DNA of 64,000 nucleotides from a virus, in IMG/VR virus record IMGVR_UViG_3300042691_050360, positions 1 through 64,000 of that record, one strand, 5' to 3'. This document shows, piece after piece, positions 26,753-36,336 of the stretch. The notes beneath the pieces were generated by a model, which was not told the DNA's origin, did not search any database, and worked only from the letters and a program-made list of their open reading frames with translations. A program made the position numbers and the translations under genes. Within the stretch, counting starts at the first letter, position 1; the number at the start of each line of letters is the position of its first letter.

Positions 26753-28223
26753 ATTTAAGGTGCTTAAATGCATCACCACATACGACACAGCCCTGGATAT
26801 AGCCACGGAAAAATCATTACAAGATTTCTACTTCCTTTCTAAAGAGCCGGGGATAGAAATTCCACTTACTGGGAAGATTTTTAACCTATGCAAGAGTTAC
26901 TACAAAGATTCAGGTGGCTTTAAGCTGACAGAAACTGTTCTAGAGAGTTTGCTTCTTAAGAAGAATGTACAGCCAGCCGCTCAGGCAAAGATGCTTACCA
27001 TTTGGTATGATCTTTGCGAAGAAGAGGTTAGTTTAGATGATTTACCACATCTTATAGATTTGATGAAGGATCGTTATGTTGTAACCCTCCAGGCTGAATG
27101 TATTGACAAGGTTGCTGAGTTAGTCAACAAAGATCAGGTCACTGAATCTATAACTATTATTTCAGACTATGTGAGTGTGATGCATGAAGTTAAAGATGAC
27201 TTCCAAAAGGACAAAGTAGCCTTTGATATGTCCGATGCTTCAAACTTCTTCCTTGCAGAATATGACGAGCGAGCTTTAAACCCCAATCTTTACAAAGGTA
27301 TTGACTGTGGACTGTCTCATATTGACCATAAAACCTTTGGTTTTATGCCTTCACAGTTAATTGTACTTCTTGCTCCGTCTTCAGGTGGTAAGTCCGTTCA
27401 ACTTCTGAACTGGGCGGATCACGCTCATAGAGTTTGTAAGAAAAATGTTGTTTACTTCTCATTCGAAATGTCTTCTTGGCTTTGTAAGACCCGACACGCT
27501 TCGCTGATTAGCGAAGTGGACTACAGTCATATTAAGGGCATGAACATAACTGCCGCCGAAAGAGAGCAGCTTGACAAAGCTCTTCAAGCCGCCAATAATG
27601 GTAAATATTTCGAATATATTGAGGCTATTGAAGATCCTACGCCTGAGTTTATTGAGCAAAAGATTAAAGAGCTTACGCTGTCCAGGGGTAAGCCAGATCT
27701 TGTTGTCGTAGACTATGTTGGAAACATGACCACGCGAGGTACAAGTAAAAATGCAAAGCACTGGGAGAAGAATGGTGACGCATCTGAGGGTTTATTTAAA
27801 CTAGCTAAGAGATTCGGGATTCCAATTCTAACAGCTCAACAGGTCAACAGAGATGCAATTAAGGAAAACAGAAAACGCAAAGATGACGGAAAATCTGCTG
27901 CTTATTATCAGGACGCAGCATCTGGTGATCAACGGCTTATGCACCTTGCTACTTATGTAATTGGAATGGAGCCAAATAAAGATGAGCATCTCTGCTGGTA
28001 TCACCCAGTTAAAATGCGAGACTCTTGGTTTCCCCCGTTTGCGGCAAAATGGATTCCTGAGTACAACAAGGTGGTTGAACTAACTGATTCTCAACAATCA
28101 GCTCTTGATTTTGTGAAATCAGCAGATATTAACAGCTTTGCTGAAGAGAAAAATAAGCCGGTCAAAACTTATGTTGAAACTCAAGTGGACTTGTCAGGAT
28201 GGGCGGACGAAATTGATTTCTGA
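26727..28223 (+). CDS. dnaB: replicative helicase DnaB
   Basis: APSSGGKS, FSFEM, VVVDY, AQQVNR, KMRD motifs. Confidence 0.9.
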   Translation: MKISQRDLEFKVLKCITTYDTALDIATEKSLQDFYFLSKEPGIEIPLTGKIFNLCKSYYKDSGGFKLTETVLESLLLKKNVQPAAQAKMLTIWYDLCEEEVSLDDLPHLIDLMKDRYVVTLQAECIDKVAELVNKDQVTESITIISDYVSVMHEVKDDFQKDKVAFDMSDASNFFLAEYDERALNPNLYKGIDCGLSHIDHKTFGFMPSQLIVLLAPSSGGKSVQLLNWADHAHRVCKKNVVYFSFEMSSWLCKTRHASLISEVDYSHIKGMNITAAEREQLDKALQAANNGKYFEYIEAIEDPTPEFIEQKIKELTLSRGKPDLVVVDYVGNMTTRGTSKNAKHWEKNGDASEGLFKLAKRFGIPILTAQQVNRDAIKENRKRKDDGKSAAYYQDAASGDQRLMHLATYVIGMEPNKDEHLCWYHPVKMRDSWFPPFAAKWIPEYNKVVELTDSQQSALDFVKSADINSFAEEKNKPVKTYVETQVDLSGWADEIDF

Positions 28224-28734
28224 TTTTGATGAAATAAATCTTCAATTCCATGCTGACAAATGGCTGGAAGAGAATTATGGTTGTGAATTTTTCCATGGCG
28301 GTGGAGGATTTCTCAATTCGTCTTGTCCGTTTGAAGATCATAACGACTCCAGCCCATCTTTCGGCGTGAACACAGAGAAGGGCTTTTTTAAATGTTTTGG
28401 TTGCGGTAGAGAGGGTTCATTAATTAAGCTCGTTAGTTTGATTATGGATATTAATTTCTTTCAAGCAATAAATGTAATTGCTGTTTACGAGAACATTAAT
28501 ATAGACAATCTTGATACTTTGGCCGTAAAGAATGATAAGTTCAAAAAAGTTATCGCAGAAAAAGACACTGAAATCGTAAAAAATAAAAGGCTTATAAAGA
28601 AGGTAACAATCAAGATAAAAAAAGTATTGCAGAAAGATTTTGACAAAGCAGATCAAATGTTTCAGCAATTAGACGATTATATCAGAGAAAACGACTATAA
28701 TAGTATTAAGGAGATGATAAATGGAATTGCATGA
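28213..28734 (+). CDS. DnaG primase zinc-binding (CHC2) domain, stand-alone
   Basis: CPFEDHNDSSPSF...CFGC. Confidence 0.85.
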   Translation: MISDFDEINLQFHADKWLEENYGCEFFHGGGGFLNSSCPFEDHNDSSPSFGVNTEKGFFKCFGCGREGSLIKLVSLIMDINFFQAINVIAVYENINIDNLDTLAVKNDKFKKVIAEKDTEIVKNKRLIKKVTIKIKKVLQKDFDKADQMFQQLDDYIRENDYNSIKEMINGIA

Positions 28735-29011
28735 CGCTTTAGGGAAAAAAATAATTGACTCGGCAACTTTGGAAAGAATACAAAACAGGGTGAAAGAACT
28801 CACTGAAAATCCACCGAATCTAATTTGTGTTAATGTGGTGCTTAATGGCAACGCCGCTTTAAAGCACATGATTTGTCGAGAGATTATTATGCAATCTGCA
28901 GACATCTCTGAGCAAGATGCGGATTGGTATATTTTAAGATCTGGAGCAGAACGCGAGTTATTGCGGTTAGCCACTATCTCTGTTGAAAAACCAATCAATG
29001 ATCAAAATTAA
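28721..29011 (+). CDS. hypothetical protein
   Basis: SD AAGGAG; coupled ORF. Confidence 0.7.
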   Translation: MELHDALGKKIIDSATLERIQNRVKELTENPPNLICVNVVLNGNAALKHMICREIIMQSADISEQDADWYILRSGAERELLRLATISVEKPINDQN

Positions 29012-29612
29012 TTCCGGCATGGCTCAATACGCCTTGAAGAATAACCTTCATGTGGAGCTTTTCATTTGGTGTTATTTGAAATCCATCAATAATAGTGGAT
29101 TCCACTCAATAAAAGATTTTGATGGTTGTCGAATCAATAATTCCTCTATCAAAAGAAAGCTCAAATCTAATATTTTCTTCTCCACATCGGGTGATAAAAT
29201 ATTCTTGAAAAGCCTAAAGAATATGCCGGCAAGTTTAAGCAAGAGAACATTCTTTTGTGGGCCGGAAGATCTTAATAAATTCCCCAGAAAATTAGCTCAT
29301 GGATCTGGAAACATAATTAAAGAATGGAATAGTACGACAATTAAGTATCTTATGATTTGCTTGGTTGCCTGTCAATATTCTGGAGAGAAGCCATATGCAT
29401 TAAAGCTGATCGCAGAAGACACTGGGTGCAGTATAACGATCATTCAAAGGGCCCTGAAGAATCTTTATGTTGAAAAATGGTTTCAAGAGCAAATTCAAGA
29501 GAGTGGCAGGTCGTATTATTGTGGCAAAAAATTGCTTAATTTCTCCCCTAACTATTACAAGTTAAATATCGGATCTTATTCCGCGAAAAAACCATCTTCA
29601 GCCCGTATATAG
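28983..29612 (+). CDS. hypothetical protein, possible HTH
   Basis: LKLIAEDTGCSITIIQRALK resembles an HTH. Confidence 0.55.
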   Translation: MKNQSMIKINSGMAQYALKNNLHVELFIWCYLKSINNSGFHSIKDFDGCRINNSSIKRKLKSNIFFSTSGDKIFLKSLKNMPASLSKRTFFCGPEDLNKFPRKLAHGSGNIIKEWNSTTIKYLMICLVACQYSGEKPYALKLIAEDTGCSITIIQRALKNLYVEKWFQEQIQESGRSYYCGKKLLNFSPNYYKLNIGSYSAKKPSSARI

Positions 29613-29618
29613 ATATAT

Positions 29619-32600
29619 ATGTGCAATAACAAAGATTTTGTTCATCTCCACTGCCACACTCACTTCAGTGTTCAAGATGCTTTACCTACCCCTGAAAAAC
29701 TTATTCTGGGAGCAAAAGCACAGGGATTTACATCTATTGCCATCACAGATCACGGCAAGATGGCTGGTCACGTTGAGTTTGCTGATGCTGCACACCGTAA
29801 CCAAATCAAACCAATCTTGGGCTGTGAATTTTATTTAGCAAAAGACAGATACGAAAAGAATCCTCTTGCAGAAGATGGAACGAAGAAAGGGCGAGAAAAG
29901 CTTTCTCACTTGACAATTCTGGCACAAAACAAACAAGGATATAGAAACATTCTCCAATTGGGACATGAGGCTTCTAATCCAGATTGTTATTACTATTTCC
30001 CAAGAATTGACTTTGATTATCTTGCTCAGCATAACGAGGGGCTTATCATTTTGTCGGGCTGTTTGGCGTCAGAGCTTCAACAAGCTTTGCTCAAGGGCAC
30101 ATACGAAGATGGTCTTCGTGTTGCTAAGAAGTACAAAGAAGTGTTTAATGACAGGTATTTTATCGAATTACAATATCATGGAATCGAAGAACAAAAACAC
30201 AATCTTCCCATGTTGATGAAAATCGCCAAAGACCTTGATATTCGCACGGTAGCATCCAACGACGTACACTATGTTGAATCGCAGGATTGGGAGTTACATG
30301 ATGTCCTTATTCAGATGAAGGACTTGAGAAATGACAAAGGGTCTAAGAATACGGGCAAAAAAGAAGCTTATGGTTCACACCAATTTTGGCTAAAGTCTTA
30401 CGACGAGATGAATAAGATTTTTGGAGGCAGAGTTCCTGAATCTCTTTCTAACACCAAGTTGATTGAAGAGATGGTAGAGGACTATTATCAAGTGGATCTT
30501 CCTCATATGTTGCCAGAAGGAAAAATTGATAATAACAATCTTGTTTTTAAGAATTTCTGGGAAACTAAGCTACCCCACCATGAATCAAAAGAAGCTTATT
30601 TGGCTTATCAATGCTTTGTTGGTCTGAAGAGGCTTGGGCTAGAAAAGAACCAAGAATATGTAAAGCGGCTGAAATACGAGATAGAAACAATCTGGTACAT
30701 GGGTGTAACAGATTACTTCTTGATTCAAAAAGAAATGGTCGATTACATGACCGAAAAAGACATCCTTTTTGGTGTCAGAGGTTCTGGCGTTGGTTCACTC
30801 GTTAACTATTGCTTAGGAATTTCTTCAGCCGATCCAATTAAGTTTGGCCTGATGTTTGAGCGATTCTTAAACCCAGGACGAGGAAACCAATACGCTATTG
30901 ATCTTGAGGGCTACGAAGTAAGTAGTTCGACAATTGACGAGGCAGAGGCTATAAATTGGCTCAGATCTACATGTAAAGAGTTTCTTTCTAAGCCGGAAAA
31001 CACGAAGTATGAATCAAGAATCGCCCGAGAACTTTGGGTTTTAGAGAATCAAAAAATGGCTATCACTTTGAATGAGGCAGTTAATGCTAATCACAAATTG
31101 AAGCAAAATTCATCTAATTTTGTGTTATTCTATGCAATTGGGCTAATAGATGTAGCTCCAGTTGGTGATTTGATTATCAAGAAAGTGTCTGGGTTACCTG
31201 ATATTGACACTGATATTGATGACTCGAAGCGTCAAGAGGTCATTGAATGGGCTAAGCTTAGATTTGGTGAAGAAAATGTTAAGGCTGTTGGAACCTGGGG
31301 CACTTACAAAGCAAAAGCTGCTGTTCAGGGCACACTAAAAACATCAGAAAAGTTCAAGAAGCAATTTGGCGATAATCTAGCACAAATGGCAATGAAGGTA
31401 TCTGGCACTATTCCAAACAAGCCTGGTATCACAATTGAAGAAGCCAAGAAAGAAAGCGAGGATTTTGCTTATTGGGCGAACAGGTTCAAGAAAGAAATAG
31501 ATAACGCAACTAAACTGAATGGCACTATTTCAAATCTTGGAGTTCATGCGGCGGCCATCGTTGTTTCAAAAGAACCAATACACCATGTAGTGCCTATTGA
31601 GAACTCAAAGGGTACGCTTTGTACTGCGTTTGACATGTCTAACGTAGAGAGAACCGGTGCGGTTAAATACGACTATCTTGGTCTTGCAACATATAGGCAG
31701 ATTTCGCTGGCAAGAAAACTAATCAAACAAAGACACAATCAGGATATTGATTTGCTCAAAATTCCTTTGGATGATCCACATGTATTCAAGAGTGTTTTTT
31801 CAAAAGGTCTCACATCCACCGTTTTCCAATTTGCAAGCCCAGGCATGCAGAAGGCGTTGAAAGAAATTAAAGCTTCAACTATGAATGACTTAATTGCTGT
31901 CGCCGCTCTATATCGCCCCGGCCCCATGGATTATATTCCAGATTATGCCAAGGGGAAATTTAACCCTGGTGCTATCAAATACTGCCACCCATTGGTTGAA
32001 AAGCACCTTTCTCCCACCTTTGGCATCATGGTCTATCAGGAGCAAGCTATGTTCCTTGCTCGTGAAATGGCTAATTTAGATTGGCTTGAAGTTGATAAAC
32101 TACGAAAGGGTATTTCAAAAAAGTCAGGAAAGCAATTTGACGAAGCTTGCGAAAACTTTGCAAGAAAAGCATCTGAACGTGGTATTTCGAACGAAGTTAT
32201 TAAAGAAGTTTTACAATTGATGTCTAAATTCGGTGGCTACGCATTTAACAAGAGCCACGCCTGTATGTATGCAATCGTTGCTTATTGGACAGCATATTTC
32301 AAGACATACTACCCAGCAGAATGGATGGCGGCCTGTATCGAAGCTGATAAAGACGACACAGATAAGCTGGATATTTATATCCGGGAGTGTGAGAGATTGG
32401 GTGTTAGAATTAAAGAGCCAAACGTAAGCGAATCTGATTTAACAACTACTGTATCGGAAGATGGATTAATCTACTTGCCGATCACATCCTTGAAAGGTGT
32501 TGGATTGAGTGGAAATAGTATTGTTGAAAACAAGCCTTATACCAGTCTGGATGATTTCTCAGAGCGTAGCGGATGTAATAAATCATTATTCGTTGCATTA

Positions 32601-32825
32601 GCCGCTGGTGGGGCATTGAAGTGCTTGGTTGACGATCCTGAAGTGGATGAAGAATTTTTCTTAGATTATTGGCTGGAATATTCCAAATCAAAATCGAAAA
32701 GCAAGAAACAATCTGCCGAAATCGTCGTAAATACTAATAGCATGAGCTTATTGGAAATCAGAAATCTTTCTAAGAAGACTGAATCTTCCGGATCAGATCT
32801 ACTATCATTGCTGGATAATTTCTAA
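29619..32825 (+). CDS. dnaE: DNA polymerase III alpha subunit
   Basis: PHP HLHCHT/ITDHG, RGSG, FERFLNP, PDIDTD, HAAA, KYDYLGL, FNKSH. Confidence 0.95.
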   Translation: MCNNKDFVHLHCHTHFSVQDALPTPEKLILGAKAQGFTSIAITDHGKMAGHVEFADAAHRNQIKPILGCEFYLAKDRYEKNPLAEDGTKKGREKLSHLTILAQNKQGYRNILQLGHEASNPDCYYYFPRIDFDYLAQHNEGLIILSGCLASELQQALLKGTYEDGLRVAKKYKEVFNDRYFIELQYHGIEEQKHNLPMLMKIAKDLDIRTVASNDVHYVESQDWELHDVLIQMKDLRNDKGSKNTGKKEAYGSHQFWLKSYDEMNKIFGGRVPESLSNTKLIEEMVEDYYQVDLPHMLPEGKIDNNNLVFKNFWETKLPHHESKEAYLAYQCFVGLKRLGLEKNQEYVKRLKYEIETIWYMGVTDYFLIQKEMVDYMTEKDILFGVRGSGVGSLVNYCLGISSADPIKFGLMFERFLNPGRGNQYAIDLEGYEVSSSTIDEAEAINWLRSTCKEFLSKPENTKYESRIARELWVLENQKMAITLNEAVNANHKLKQNSSNFVLFYAIGLIDVAPVGDLIIKKVSGLPDIDTDIDDSKRQEVIEWAKLRFGEENVKAVGTWGTYKAKAAVQGTLKTSEKFKKQFGDNLAQMAMKVSGTIPNKPGITIEEAKKESEDFAYWANRFKKEIDNATKLNGTISNLGVHAAAIVVSKEPIHHVVPIENSKGTLCTAFDMSNVERTGAVKYDYLGLATYRQISLARKLIKQRHNQDIDLLKIPLDDPHVFKSVFSKGLTSTVFQFASPGMQKALKEIKASTMNDLIAVAALYRPGPMDYIPDYAKGKFNPGAIKYCHPLVEKHLSPTFGIMVYQEQAMFLAREMANLDWLEVDKLRKGISKKSGKQFDEACENFARKASERGISNEVIKEVLQLMSKFGGYAFNKSHACMYAIVAYWTAYFKTYYPAEWMAACIEADKDDTDKLDIYIRECERLGVRIKEPNVSESDLTTTVSEDGLIYLPITSLKGVGLSGNSIVENKPYTSLDDFSERSGCNKSLFVALAAGGALKCLVDDPEVDEEFFLDYWLEYSKSKSKSKKQSAEIVVNTNSMSLLEIRNLSKKTESSGSDLLSLLDNF

Positions 32826-33481
32826 TGGAAGATAATTTTATAGAACAGTTAATTGATTGGGAGAAGTTTGACGCTTCTTCTCAGGTTTCGCGGAGAATCA
32901 ATGGTGTAACTAAAGAACACATTGAAATCGAAGTTAAAATCTGGGAACAACAGCTATCTCTTCTCAACCCACTCAATCATGACAAAGTAATGAAAGAAAT
33001 TGATGCATGGGACATTTCAGTTCCAGCTAATCATGCACTAACACAAGAAAATATCGCATCAACCTACGCACGTCTTGTATCCTACAAAGTTCGCATCAGC
33101 AAGCTTTGGGCGGACGCAAGATCGTGGCGAGAGATGTGTGAACACGCGGCTAAATACCTTGAAGAAATCGCTCAAGGTGCCTTTGCTGGCACTGGAGTAG
33201 AAAAGAAAGCAAATGCCGCTCACGTTGTCCAACCTTTCATTCATCTAAAGGTTCAAACTTCTCGGCTTGAAAATTATTTGGAGAAAATTCATTCTTCGAT
33301 TACTTTCTGTGCCTTGCAACTTGATCTTTTATTGAAAGAAAGGCAATCTCGTGCTAAGCTTAATCATAGGCTTGGCATGGAAGGTGAGGCTTCATCTTAT
33401 GACTCTCCACAAGTGGAGCAACCTGATGAAGATTCAGACGGAGAGAATTGGACACCAATCCGAAAAAATCGCAGAAGATAA
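32825..33481 (+). CDS. hypothetical helical protein (possible recombination mediator)
   Basis: Position between pol and SSB/RecA; no firm motif. Confidence 0.6.
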   Translation: MEDNFIEQLIDWEKFDASSQVSRRINGVTKEHIEIEVKIWEQQLSLLNPLNHDKVMKEIDAWDISVPANHALTQENIASTYARLVSYKVRISKLWADARSWREMCEHAAKYLEEIAQGAFAGTGVEKKANAAHVVQPFIHLKVQTSRLENYLEKIHSSITFCALQLDLLLKERQSRAKLNHRLGMEGEASSYDSPQVEQPDEDSDGENWTPIRKNRRR

Positions 33482-33540
33482 GATAATCTTTTGCAAAAGA
33501 AACGATAATAAATATGACTTCTTAAGTCCTAAGGAAAAAA

Positions 33541-34419
33541 ATGAAAAGAGTTACACCTAAAACACTAGCAGACAGACAAAACAACAAAGGCAAGTATGCC
33601 GACCTTCCAAAGTTGAAGGACATTCTCGTAGATCTTTCGGTTCGGGATTCCCCGAAGGTTATTCGAAAGCTTCGGCTTATCGGAGAGGCCTTGGAGTTTT
33701 CTGAAATGCAAGATAAGATTCGAATTCCAGGAACCAAAGAAACCAAGCGTGTTCCATTCCCTGATGCTCATCGAAATGGCTTGCCTACTCGAATTGGGCA
33801 CGACGACCATGCACTTTGCCCTTGGCGTAAGCTTGGTTATGTTGCATCTCGAAGATTCGCACAGAAGTGTCTCGAAGAGCAAGAAGATGGTACATGGGTA
33901 CACAAGATTCTTGTCAAGGGCCCTTCGGTCTTTGATCCGTTCTTCGACTGGCAACTAGGTCGCCGAGAGGAAGATGATGGAGATATTTCTACATTCTTGG
34001 GCGGAGATGTTGCACCAGCAGTTAAGATTCAGGCCCTGAAGGACGCTACTAAGCTGGGTGGAGTAGACTATCGAGTCTTCGTCAACCCTAAGGATATGGC
34101 TCTCACCGAAGATCACATTAATCTCTTGCGAGCTGTTCGAGTTCCGTCAGCCGACGAGCTGAATGCGTTCCGCAACGAATACAATGAAGATCGAGAGAAC
34201 GATCCAGAAATGCCAGAGTGGCGAGACTGGTTTGAGTTTGGTCATGACATTCGTCGAATCTTTAAGTATACACCTCCTGTATCAGACGATGCCGCTGAAT
34301 CTAGTTCAGCTGCACCTGCCCAGGAAGATACTGCTGGCGAAGATAACGAAGAAACCACTTCTGCATCTCCAGCCGCTGACGCTGATCTTGACGTTTCTGA
34401 TGTTAACTGGGACTTCTAA
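33541..34419 (+). CDS. putative single-stranded DNA-binding protein
   Basis: Acidic flexible tail ending DVNWDF; directly upstream of RecA. Confidence 0.6.
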   Translation: MKRVTPKTLADRQNNKGKYADLPKLKDILVDLSVRDSPKVIRKLRLIGEALEFSEMQDKIRIPGTKETKRVPFPDAHRNGLPTRIGHDDHALCPWRKLGYVASRRFAQKCLEEQEDGTWVHKILVKGPSVFDPFFDWQLGRREEDDGDISTFLGGDVAPAVKIQALKDATKLGGVDYRVFVNPKDMALTEDHINLLRAVRVPSADELNAFRNEYNEDRENDPEMPEWRDWFEFGHDIRRIFKYTPPVSDDAAESSSAAPAQEDTAGEDNEETTSASPAADADLDVSDVNWDF

Positions 34420-35627
34420 TGGCTAAGGAAAAGCAACCTCTCAGTAAAGAAGAAAGACAAAAGCTGCTCGATGCTAGGCTTAAGTCTATTGGCTCCCTTT
34501 ATAAAGTTATAAAGGGAGATGATTTCGATACAAGGCACAAAGACTTCATTCCTCTTGGCATCCCCGAGATTGAAACGGAGATGGGCGATCTGCCTGGATT
34601 TATGACAGGTAATCTAATTGAGCTGATCGGTGCAAGCGGATCGGGAAAGACCTACGTTGCTTTAAAAACTGCCGCACAGGCACAAAAGAAAGGAATGAAG
34701 GTCGCCTTTTTCAATGTAGAAAATTCTTTCTACGAAAAGAGAGCGAATCAAATCGGAGTAATCACAAGAGATCCTAATCTGTTTGAGATGATTCCGAATT
34801 TGGGATCGGGTGAGGACGTGTGCGACACTGTGTGTGCCATGGTTGAATCAGAGCTTTATGGGTTAATTATCGTTGACTCTGTTACAGCTCTTATCCCGAA
34901 TGATAGCTTGGAAAAGGGTTTCAATGACCCTCGTAAGATTGGTGAACATGCAAAACTCGTGGGTGAATTAGCTAAAAAGCTTACATATCTCACCGGTGAG
35001 CACGATACTTCGGTAATTCTAATTAACCAATTCAGGTTTGGATCTGGCTCAATGCCTAACACTTTTGTGAAAAAAGCTACTGGTGGAGAAGGCTTGTACT
35101 TCTATGACCATTATAGGTTCTCATTCAAGAAGATTGGCGGAGCAGCTGGAGCTATATACAACGCGGAGAAGCAGATCATCGGCGGGAGAACTGAGCTGAC
35201 AATGGAAAAAATTCGCTATGCTCCACCTATGACTAAGGTAATTTTTCCGATTTACTTCACAGAAGAAGACTCCAATATTGTTGTTGACTTCTTGATGCGA
35301 GCTAAGGCAAAGCATGTGGAGTTAATTAAGGAAGTGGGTTCTAAAAGCAAAAAGCGTTATCAATATGTCACCGAAGATGGTGAAATTATTGAATCAGGCG
35401 ATGTTAAGGAATTTATTAACCTTTTAATGGAAACTCCTGCCCCTTCAAAGCGTACAAAAAATGATCCTTCAACTACTGCATTTGAATTTATCTGTCGAAA
35501 GATTAAATTTGATGAAAAGACAGTGGGAGATATGATCGAAAAGTTGAATCAAGATGAAAATTTTGAAACTCCCAACGAGCTAATTGGATACGCTGAAGAG
35601 CCAGAAATTGATGAAAGTTCAGATTGA
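34419..35627 (+). CDS. recA: RecA/UvsX recombinase
   Basis: GASGSGKT, IIVDSV, INQFR, TGGEGL.F. Confidence 0.9.
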   Translation: MAKEKQPLSKEERQKLLDARLKSIGSLYKVIKGDDFDTRHKDFIPLGIPEIETEMGDLPGFMTGNLIELIGASGSGKTYVALKTAAQAQKKGMKVAFFNVENSFYEKRANQIGVITRDPNLFEMIPNLGSGEDVCDTVCAMVESELYGLIIVDSVTALIPNDSLEKGFNDPRKIGEHAKLVGELAKKLTYLTGEHDTSVILINQFRFGSGSMPNTFVKKATGGEGLYFYDHYRFSFKKIGGAAGAIYNAEKQIIGGRTELTMEKIRYAPPMTKVIFPIYFTEEDSNIVVDFLMRAKAKHVELIKEVGSKSKKRYQYVTEDGEIIESGDVKEFINLLMETPAPSKRTKNDPSTTAFEFICRKIKFDEKTVGDMIEKLNQDENFETPNELIGYAEEPEIDESSD

Positions 35628-36336
35628 ACAATTCCAGAGAGAACTATCTCTGGCTTCGGGTGCCCAAAAGGTACTTGAGGACAGAGACTTTTCAAAACCC
35701 ACTTTGATTAATTTTGAAGTGGGTTTTTGCCCCGCTTACGCAGGATATGATTTTGATTTATTAAATGGCAGAATTGTCCTGCCTATTTATGATGCCTATG
35801 GAAACTGGGTTGGTTTTGCCGGACGTAAAGTTGACGATTATTCGACAACGGTTAAAGAATATTATCAGCAAAAGACAACTAAGCTACAAGGTCTTGATAG
35901 ATTTATGAAGTGGAAGGTTACCAAGTGGGTTAACACTCCGTATGCAAAATCAAATCATTTATTTAACTTAAATCGTGCTAAGAGATATATTCATGAAGCA
36001 GGGTATTGCATTATTGTTGAGGGTTATTTTGATGTAATGAGGCTATCGCAGCTTGGTTTCAATAATGTTGTGGCCCTTTCTGGCACAAGTTTAACGGAAA
36101 CACAATGCGACTTAATTTACAGATATTGTAACAAAGTTTTAATAATGCTTGATGGTGATGATGCGGGGAAAACAGCCACCAATAAAACAATGGAAAGAGC
36201 TCGGCAGAATAATATTTTTGCAAACATAGTAGAGCTACCAGACAATCTTGACCCAGATGATTTGGATGAAGAAACTATGAAAATAATTGATTCAGAAGTG
36301 AGAGCCTCTGATGAGGAGATGTATATTAAACTATGA
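35611..36336 (+). CDS. DnaG primase catalytic/TOPRIM domain
   Basis: GFAGR, LFNL, VEGYFDV, DGDDAG, DPDD; lacks zinc domain. Confidence 0.9.
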   Translation: MKVQIEQFQRELSLASGAQKVLEDRDFSKPTLINFEVGFCPAYAGYDFDLLNGRIVLPIYDAYGNWVGFAGRKVDDYSTTVKEYYQQKTTKLQGLDRFMKWKVTKWVNTPYAKSNHLFNLNRAKRYIHEAGYCIIVEGYFDVMRLSQLGFNNVVALSGTSLTETQCDLIYRYCNKVLIMLDGDDAGKTATNKTMERARQNNIFANIVELPDNLDPDDLDEETMKIIDSEVRASDEEMYIKL

